Below, one piece after another: positions 53,418 to 60,145 of a stretch of 60,145 nt of DNA. Where the stretch lies: contig CACCBT010000001.1 in NCBI GenBank assembly GCA_902544345.1, positions 1 through 60,145 of the forward strand, written 5' to 3'. The position numbers and the translations under genes are program-made. Under the pieces are notes generated by a model. It ran no database searches, was not told the DNA's origin, and was given only the letters and a program-made list of their open reading frames with translations. This DNA is from an uncultured Pelagibacteraceae bacterium (GTDB taxonomy: Bacteria; Pseudomonadota; Alphaproteobacteria; Pelagibacterales; Pelagibacteraceae). Positions within the stretch are counted from its first letter, which is position 1. Each line of letters starts with the position of its first letter.

Positions 53418-54722
53418 ATGAAACTATGTATGATTGGAACTGGTTACGTTGGATTAGTTAGCGGAGTCTGCTTTGCTGACATAGGTAACCAGGTTGTTTG
53501 TGTTGATAAAGATAAAAATAAAATAGAAAAACTCAACTCTGGAATTTCTCCAATTTATGAACCAGGATTAGATGAATTAATTCAAAAAAATTTTACAGCT
53601 AAACGTCTTTCATTTACTTCAAATATTGATAGAGCCATAAACTCATCAGATATAATTTTTATATGCGTGGGGACCCCTACAAAAAAAGGATCAATTAAAG
53701 TTGATTTATCTTTCGTTTATAAATGCACAAAAGAGATATTAAAATATTCAAAAAGAAAAAAAATTATCATTACCAAGTCTACTGTGCCTGTAGGAACAGG
53801 TGATGAGATTGAAAAAATTTTAAAAAAAAAGAAAAAACTTTTTACAGTAATCTCTAATCCTGAATTCTTAAGAGAGGGTGAAGCAATTCGAGATTTTAGA
53901 TATCCGGATAGAATTGTAATAGGATCTAACGAAAAAAGAACCTTCAATATTATGAGAAAACTTTATGCACCATTAACTAACAAAGGTTCGAAATTTTTTA
54001 CTACCTCAAGAAGAGGAGCTGAATTAATAAAATATGCATCAAATGCTTTTCTCGCAACTAAGATTACTTTTATAAATGAACTTGCGAACTTATGTGAAAA
54101 ATCTGGCGTTAATATAGAAGATATTTCATTAGGGATGGGCTCTGATAGTAGAATAGGCGGTAGGTTTTTACGTGCTGGGCCAGCATATGGTGGCTCATGC
54201 TTTCCAAAAGATACAAAAGGTCTCGTATCTGCTGCAGAGAAATATAAGATAAATCTATCAGTTGTGAAATCAGTTATTAAATCTAATAAAGAAAGAGTTA
54301 ATTTACTTACTCAAAGAATTCATAAAATCTTGGGTGCAAATATAAAAAATAAAAGAATTTCTTTCTTAGGAGTTACATTTAAACCAAACACTGATGATAT
54401 GCGAGATTCTACTAGCCTTAGCATGATACCTTATCTATGCAAAAAAGGAGCAAAAGTTAATTACTATGATCCATCGGGTGAAAAAAAAGAATTTATGAAA
54501 ATTAAAAACTGCAATTACAAAAATAATATCAAATCTAATTGCAATGGTGCAGATTTATTAATTCTACTAACTGAATGGGATGAATTCAAATCGATTGATT
54601 TTAAAAAAATCGTTAAAAAAAGGAATTTTAAAGTGTATGATTTAAGAAATCTTTATTCCTCAGAAGAAATGAAAAAAAATAAAATTAGCTACTTCTCTGT
54701 TGGAAGGCCTAACTCTATTTAA
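53418..54722 (+). CDS. ugd: UDP-glucose 6-dehydrogenase
   Basis: GTGYVGL, KSTVPVG, NPEFLREG, GGSCFPKD and FKPNTDDMR motifs. Confidence 0.95.
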   Translation: MKLCMIGTGYVGLVSGVCFADIGNQVVCVDKDKNKIEKLNSGISPIYEPGLDELIQKNFTAKRLSFTSNIDRAINSSDIIFICVGTPTKKGSIKVDLSFVYKCTKEILKYSKRKKIIITKSTVPVGTGDEIEKILKKKKKLFTVISNPEFLREGEAIRDFRYPDRIVIGSNEKRTFNIMRKLYAPLTNKGSKFFTTSRRGAELIKYASNAFLATKITFINELANLCEKSGVNIEDISLGMGSDSRIGGRFLRAGPAYGGSCFPKDTKGLVSAAEKYKINLSVVKSVIKSNKERVNLLTQRIHKILGANIKNKRISFLGVTFKPNTDDMRDSTSLSMIPYLCKKGAKVNYYDPSGEKKEFMKIKNCNYKNNIKSNCNGADLLILLTEWDEFKSIDFKKIVKKRNFKVYDLRNLYSSEEMKKNKISYFSVGRPNSI

Positions 54723-55994
54723 GTGAATAATTTGAAAAAAATATTTTTCCTTTTTGTAATAATTTTGTCTACCAATGCTTATGCAAATAAAAATGAAATT
54801 GTCATTCCAAAATATTTCTTTGCAAACGAACTTTCTAAAAAAACATGTTCTCTTAAAGGTGTGCATGGTTATGGCAGTTGGGGTAAAGCAGGCTGGGACT
54901 TGGATCTTGCAATAACACACGTAAGCAAGTCAAAAAATCCTGAATTACAAGGAAACAACTATGATCATCTAATGAAACTTACTAAGTATGATTGGAACAA
55001 AGATCACGAACAAAGATCAAATAGCATATATGTTAATCATGAAAAACACTCTAATAGGTTAGCATTATTGCATGGAACCATTATTTCGGCAATTGTAGAT
55101 AGCAAAATGGACGAGCATGGACCACTAATTGCAGAAGTTATGGTAGCTTGGGCACAAGCAGGTGTGATGTTAAGTACTTTAACTTCTAAGGAAATTAGTA
55201 AACTGAAAGACGAAGGTAAAGTTGATAAATTATGTTATGGCGGTGCGAAAGCCAAAGGTGACAAACCTTGTATTTCTCACAGGCCGCACGAAGCTCAAAT
55301 ATATGGAGCTACCTATATTCAACAAGCATACTTAATGAGAGATCAATTTACTAAAGAACAATTTAAAATTATTGATGAGTATATTGATATTTTGTACAAA
55401 AAATATATCAAGCCGTGGGCTGAAAAAGAATTAACAACAAAGAAACATGCAAGAGGTTTTATACAAATGGCTGATGGAACTATCTCTGTGCTATCGTATT
55501 TGGCCTGGAAAGATGAACCAGGTGCCGCAGCAGAATGGATTAAAAAGGGAATTAGTAAAGCCGATAAAGTCGTATATCAAGATGGATATATTCATAATAA
55601 CAGTTTCAGAGGTGTTAGAGATGTCTGGTATCATTCACAGGGTGTAAATAATTTATTAGGACTTTATGCAATAGCTGAACTCTGGGGTTACAAGAATTTT
55701 CCAAAAAAATTAAAACAAAAAATAGATAAAACTGTCGATGTGCTGAACTTGGGACTTACTGATCTTAAAAAATACAGAGAACGTAAAGATCCATCTGGGT
55801 TGCAGAACTTTACAAAAGATCAAGCGCACGCAAATTATCACACACACCAGATGGCTATATCTCTAGACTGGTTAATTGAAAAGTACACAGATAGAGATCA
55901 TACTATAGTTGCAAATGATAGGATGTGGAAATCAAAAAAATCAGTTTATTTTGTAGATAGAAACTTTGGATTTGAGCCAAAGTGTATGAATTAA
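54723..55994 (+). CDS. Secreted protein, putative alginate-lyase-family (alpha/alpha toroid) fold
   Basis: Signal peptide ending in AYA. DGYIHNNSFRGVRDVWYHSQGVNNL resembles the G...R..R.L.YH catalytic segment of AlgL-type lyases. GTG start abuts the ugd stop. Confidence 0.5.
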   Translation: MNNLKKIFFLFVIILSTNAYANKNEIVIPKYFFANELSKKTCSLKGVHGYGSWGKAGWDLDLAITHVSKSKNPELQGNNYDHLMKLTKYDWNKDHEQRSNSIYVNHEKHSNRLALLHGTIISAIVDSKMDEHGPLIAEVMVAWAQAGVMLSTLTSKEISKLKDEGKVDKLCYGGAKAKGDKPCISHRPHEAQIYGATYIQQAYLMRDQFTKEQFKIIDEYIDILYKKYIKPWAEKELTTKKHARGFIQMADGTISVLSYLAWKDEPGAAAEWIKKGISKADKVVYQDGYIHNNSFRGVRDVWYHSQGVNNLLGLYAIAELWGYKNFPKKLKQKIDKTVDVLNLGLTDLKKYRERKDPSGLQNFTKDQAHANYHTHQMAISLDWLIEKYTDRDHTIVANDRMWKSKKSVYFVDRNFGFEPKCMN

Positions 55995-56003
55995 TATTGA
56001 AAA

Positions 56004-56468
56004 TTAATTGAGTTCAAAGATAGCATCGACTTCAACTGCAACACCTAAAGGTAAACTGTTCACACTCACAGCTGCACGTGTATGTTCACCTTTTTTTTCA
56101 AAGATTTTAGCTATTATATCTGATGCACCATTAATAATTTTAGGCTGATCTTTAAAATCATCAGTTGAATTAACATAACCTGTTAATTTGACACAAGATT
56201 TAACTTTATCTAAATCTCCTTCGCAGGCGTTTTTAACATGTGCAACGATACTCAATCCACACCTTTCGGCGGCTTTATAACCTTTTTCCAAATCTAAATC
56301 TTTTCCAATTTTTCCTGTAATAAGTTTTGCATTTTCATCGATTGAAACTTGACCAGATACATACAATAAATTTCCAATTATTTTTGTAGCAACATAGGCT
56401 CCTACTGGAGGTTTAGGTTCTGGTAATTTAATTTTTAACGTATTTATTCTGTCAATTACTTTTCCCAT
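56004..56468 (-). CDS. Rid (YjgF/YER057c/UK114) family protein
   Basis: YV...GNLLYVSGQ, NGASD and HTRAAV...LPLGVAVEVD motifs. Confidence 0.92.
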   Translation of the reverse strand: MGKVIDRINTLKIKLPEPKPPVGAYVATKIIGNLLYVSGQVSIDENAKLITGKIGKDLDLEKGYKAAERCGLSIVAHVKNACEGDLDKVKSCVKLTGYVNSTDDFKDQPKIINGASDIIAKIFEKKGEHTRAAVSVNSLPLGVAVEVDAIFELN

Positions 56469-57459
56469 TAAATTTACTCTCAGCCATTTTTATTGCTAAT
56501 TTGAATGATTGGATAGTTGGTTCTAAATTAGCAATATTCTTTCCTGTAATATCAAATGCAGTACCGTGCGCTGGTGTTGTAATTGGAATATCTAAACCAC
56601 CTGAAACGGTCACGCCTCTATCAAAACCAAATGCTTTTAAACCACACTGAAGTGCATCATGATACATTCCCACAATACAATCATGATTTTTATTTTTAAA
56701 AGCTGTGATAAATGAAGTATCGCATGGTAGAGGGCCGTCAGCTTTTATACCCATCTTTTTTGCTTCTTCAATAGCTGGGATTATTTCATCTTTTTCCTCC
56801 GTACCGAATTCAGCATGAGGGTTTAAAGCTTGCACTGCTATTCTCGGATTTGCAATACCGCTCATTTTAAGTGTCTTATTTAAAAGTTTTATTGGTTTTA
56901 AAATATTTTCTTTTGTTATGTTTTGAGCAACTTCTTTTATTGGTATATGTGAAGTCACTCTTGCAGTCCAAAAATTATCTACAACATTGAATTCACAACA
57001 AAAATCTTTAACATTAAGCCTATTTTGAAATAGTTCATGTTCATCATTAAATTCACAACCTCCTTGAATCAGGCTGGCTTTATTCATAGGAGCAAAATTA
57101 ATTGCATGAATTTTATTTTTTTTTGCTAAACTAAGGGCTATTTCAGTTGCATCTAGAACACTTTTACCTGACTCGGCACAAACCTGTTTCTTAATGTATG
57201 ATCTGTTTGTTCCTTTAGAAATGTCTAAAAAAAATTTTGTTTTACCATCAAAATTAACATCATCGAACTTGTCTACAAATTTTAGATCTATTTTTTTCCC
57301 AACAATTTCCTGAGCGTCTTCTAAAACTTTTTTTTCGCCAATTATTAGGATGTTAGCTTTTTCGCTCACATCACTATCTAGTAATTTTACTGTTAACTCT
57401 GGTCCAATACCTGAAGGATCGCCTAGTAATAATCCTATATTTGTTTTGTTAAGACTCAT
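56452..57459 (-). CDS. PdxA-family decarboxylating dehydrogenase (TphB-like subgroup)
   Basis: GDPSGIGPE, SHIP, LNPHA, MYHD and TPAHGTAFDI motifs. Confidence 0.85.
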   Translation of the reverse strand: MSLNKTNIGLLLGDPSGIGPELTVKLLDSDVSEKANILIIGEKKVLEDAQEIVGKKIDLKFVDKFDDVNFDGKTKFFLDISKGTNRSYIKKQVCAESGKSVLDATEIALSLAKKNKIHAINFAPMNKASLIQGGCEFNDEHELFQNRLNVKDFCCEFNVVDNFWTARVTSHIPIKEVAQNITKENILKPIKLLNKTLKMSGIANPRIAVQALNPHAEFGTEEKDEIIPAIEEAKKMGIKADGPLPCDTSFITAFKNKNHDCIVGMYHDALQCGLKAFGFDRGVTVSGGLDIPITTPAHGTAFDITGKNIANLEPTIQSFKLAIKMAESKFNGKSN

Positions 57460-60020
57460 CTTTTTTTCTTTTTCTTAGACTTATCGTATTCCTTTCTTTT
57501 TTCAATTAAAATCAAAGCTTCTTCCATATTTAATTCATTAGGATCTTTTTCCTCAGGAATTGTAGCATTAAGAGACTTATACTTAATATAAGGGCCATAC
57601 TGCCCCTTCATGATCCTAACTGGTTTTTTATCTTCTGGATGTTCCCCTAAATCTTTTATTAGTGATGAGGATATCCTTCCAGGCTTAGCTTCAGCAATCA
57701 TTGTAATAGCTCTATTTAAACCAATTGAAAAAAGATCCTCTACAATTTCGAGTCTTGCAGATTTATTTTCACATTTTAGATATGGACCAAATCTTCCAGA
57801 ATTTAAAGTTATATCTTGTCCATTTTCAGGATGCTGTCCTAATACTTTAGGAAGAGAGCATAAATATTTTGCTTTAATTAAATCAACACTGTCAACATCA
57901 ATACCTTTTGGAATTGAAACATTTTTAAGGTGTTCATTCTCGTTTTTTTTCTTTCTACCTTTTTTCTTTTTAGTTTCTAGTTCGTCTTTTTCTTTCTCAT
58001 ATTGTAAATAGGGACCAAATCTCCCATTCTTTAAATATATATCTTTACCTTTTTCATTTTGACCCAGCAATTTAGGCTCTGCTAAATTATATTGAGCTGC
58101 AGCTTTAGCTTTAGATAAAGGTCTAGTAAATTTACATTCTGGATAATTTGAACACCCTATAAAAGCCCCACCTCTAAAACTATTCTTCAAACTTAGTTCT
58201 CCATTGGAACATAACTTACACTTTCGATCTATAGCGTCTTTATCATCTCTTTCAAAAATTAAAGCTCCTAAACTTTCATTTAATAAATCTAAAACCTCTC
58301 TTGTTCTCTTTTCTTTAACCTTTCCAACATTTTCATAAAAATCTTTCCAAAAATTATCTAAAACCTGAACCCACTCAATTTTGCCACTAGTGATTTCATC
58401 TAGTTGATTTTCTAAGTCTGCAGTAAAATTATAATCCACGTATTTGGAAAACAATTTCTCTAAAAAGGCTGAAATTAGCTTACCTCTGTCAGTTGGGTTA
58501 AACCTTTTATTGATTAATTCGACATAATTTCTCGTTGATAATACTGAAATAATGCTAGCATAAGTGGAGGGTCTACCTATGCCTAATTCCTCCATCTTTT
58601 TCACTAAACTAGCTTCAGAGTACCGTGGTGGTGGATCTGTAAAGTGTTGTTCATCATTTAGCTTAAGTATACTAATTTCTTCTCCGATTTTGACTTCAGG
58701 TAAAATATTTTTTGCATCCTCGTCAGTTTCTTGAACTTGATACACTTTAAGAAATCCATCAAATTTTACGACTGAGCCGCTAGCTCTAAAGTTAATCTTA
58801 TTATCATTTGAAGAAATAATTATAGTATTTCTATCAAACTCTGCTGGGGTCATTTGAGATGATAAGGCTCTACTCCAAATTAATTCATAGAGTTTAAATT
58901 GATCTGCATTTACATATTTTTTGATATCAGAAGGTTTCCTGCTTATATTAGTTGGTCTAATTGCCTCATGAGCTTCCTGAGCGTTCTTTGCTTTCTTCCC
59001 CGTATAACTATTTGGAGTCTCTGGTAAATATTTATCACCGAAATCATCAGTAATGAATTTTCTAAAGTCATCAATTGCTTCTTTTGAAATATTAGTTCCA
59101 TCAGTTCTCATATAAGTAATTAACCCAGTGGTTTCACCCTCGATATCTATTCCTTGATAAAGTCGTTGTGCAATCTGCATTGTTCTGGAAGCTCCAAAAC
59201 CAAATCGCCCCGAAGCAGTTTGTTGTAAAGTTGATGTTGTAAAAGGAGCTAGGGGGTTTCGTCTAAATACTTTTGTGTTCACATCAGTAATTTTAAATTT
59301 TGTTTTATTGATTATATCAACCGCTTTTTGTATTTCGACTTTACTTTTGAAAGAAAATTTTTCAATTTTTTCTCCATTAAATAAACTTAATTTCGAGAAA
59401 ATATTTTTATTATTTTTGTTCGCAAAGTCCGATGTAAGTGTCCAGTATTCTTCTGGTTTAAATAATTCTATTTCCTTTTCTCTTTCAGTAATAAGTTTTA
59501 AGGCTACTGATTGAACTCTTCCCGCTGATTTTGATCCAGGTAATTTTGTCCAAAGAATTGGTGAGATATTAAATCCTACAAGATAGTCCAAAGCTCTTCG
59601 CGCTAGATAAGCTTCAACTAAAGGTAAATGAATTTCTCTTGGATTTTTAATAGCATCAAGAATTGCTTTCTTTGTAATCTCATTAAAAACAACTCGCTCA
59701 AGATGTTTATCTTTTAATAATTTTTTTTTATCCAAGACTTCTTTAACGTGCCATGCAATAGCTTCACCTTCACGATCAGGGTCCGTAGCTAAAATAATTT
59801 TATCAGAGTCTTCGGCAGCATTTGTAATTTCTTTTAAATATTTTTTTGAAAAAGAATCTATTTCCCATTCCATGTGAAATTTATTTTCAGGATCAACAGA
59901 CCCATTTTTTGATGGAAGGTCTCTTATGTGTCCATAGCTAGCTAAAACTAAATAATCTTTACCTAAATATTTATTTATTGTTTTTGCTTTCGCTGGACTT
60001 TCAACAATTACTAAGTTCAT
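57456..60020 (-). CDS. topA: DNA topoisomerase I
   Basis: IVESPAKAKTI, ATDPDREGEAI, SAGRVQS, ITYMRTD, one zinc ribbon and C-terminal GRFGPY repeats. Start set at ATG 60020. Confidence 0.98.
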   Translation of the reverse strand: MNLVIVESPAKAKTINKYLGKDYLVLASYGHIRDLPSKNGSVDPENKFHMEWEIDSFSKKYLKEITNAAEDSDKIILATDPDREGEAIAWHVKEVLDKKKLLKDKHLERVVFNEITKKAILDAIKNPREIHLPLVEAYLARRALDYLVGFNISPILWTKLPGSKSAGRVQSVALKLITEREKEIELFKPEEYWTLTSDFANKNNKNIFSKLSLFNGEKIEKFSFKSKVEIQKAVDIINKTKFKITDVNTKVFRRNPLAPFTTSTLQQTASGRFGFGASRTMQIAQRLYQGIDIEGETTGLITYMRTDGTNISKEAIDDFRKFITDDFGDKYLPETPNSYTGKKAKNAQEAHEAIRPTNISRKPSDIKKYVNADQFKLYELIWSRALSSQMTPAEFDRNTIIISSNDNKINFRASGSVVKFDGFLKVYQVQETDEDAKNILPEVKIGEEISILKLNDEQHFTDPPPRYSEASLVKKMEELGIGRPSTYASIISVLSTRNYVELINKRFNPTDRGKLISAFLEKLFSKYVDYNFTADLENQLDEITSGKIEWVQVLDNFWKDFYENVGKVKEKRTREVLDLLNESLGALIFERDDKDAIDRKCKLCSNGELSLKNSFRGGAFIGCSNYPECKFTRPLSKAKAAAQYNLAEPKLLGQNEKGKDIYLKNGRFGPYLQYEKEKDELETKKKKGRKKKNENEHLKNVSIPKGIDVDSVDLIKAKYLCSLPKVLGQHPENGQDITLNSGRFGPYLKCENKSARLEIVEDLFSIGLNRAITMIAEAKPGRISSSLIKDLGEHPEDKKPVRIMKGQYGPYIKYKSLNATIPEEKDPNELNMEEALILIEKRKEYDKSKKKKKR

Positions 60021-60088
60021 TATTCGTTTATTTTCAAAATTAAACGAATTTGTCAAATTTATTATTTAAAAACTAGAAAAGACAACAA

Positions 60089-60145
60089 TTATAACTTAAT
60101 TTTACTTTCCTCGGAATTTTTTAATCGAACTATATTTTCCCGATG
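60089..60145 (-). CDS. plsY: 3' end of glycerol-3-phosphate acyltransferase PlsY (truncated by window edge)
   Basis: The minus strand reads HRENIVRLKNSEESKIKL*, matching the PlsY C-terminal HxxNIxRL..xE motif. Confidence 0.75.
   Translation of the reverse strand, partial: HRENIVRLKNSEESKIKL

Noticed and set aside
2147-59514. Many short antisense or alternate-frame ORFs in the track (e.g. 22880-23362, 23960-24475, 29058-29546, 30132-30662, 57610-58011)
   Set aside because: They lie almost entirely within well-supported genes, have Phe/Ser/Ile-rich shadow composition and show no recognisable motifs.
60021-60056. TTG-initiated 12-aa extension of TopA
   Set aside because: TopA proteins typically start at M-x-L-V-I-V-E-S, which fits ATG 60020.
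1-60145. Poly-A/T runs as phase-variation or programmed frameshift sites
   Set aside because: They are ubiquitous in this AT- and Lys-rich DNA, and all genes examined are intact in one frame.

Overview
This very AT-rich, tightly packed alphaproteobacterial window looks like Pelagibacterales (SAR11); that is inferred from gene order, protein sequences and streamlining, not from a database search. About 80% is core: rpsD (partial), grxD-bolA, purLQSCB, map, sfsA, nadK, rlmB-like, tRNA-Tyr/Gly-tuf-tRNA-Trp-secE-nusG-rplKAJL-rpoBC, the str/S10/spc/alpha ribosomal clusters, rluC-like, lipB, mgtE, panC, galU, ugd, a Rid-family gene, a pdxA-like gene, topA and the 3' end of plsY. There are five tRNAs (Leu, Thr, Tyr, Gly, Trp). 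The main accessory block (about 11.2-19.3 kb, around tRNA-Thr) encodes a beta-propeller autotransporter, an FkbM methyltransferase and two convergent pairs of a GT2 polyprenol-phosphate sugar synthase with a GT-C-like membrane protein. This is the best candidate for an undescribed lipid-linked surface-glycosylation system. Other points of interest are a secreted alginate-lyase-like protein fused operonically to galU-ugd, a TphB-like PdxA paralogue, a methyltransferase abutting rpsD, a long rpsL leader hairpin, and loss of rpmD and most r-protein leaders. No rRNA, CRISPR array, integrase or transposase was seen.
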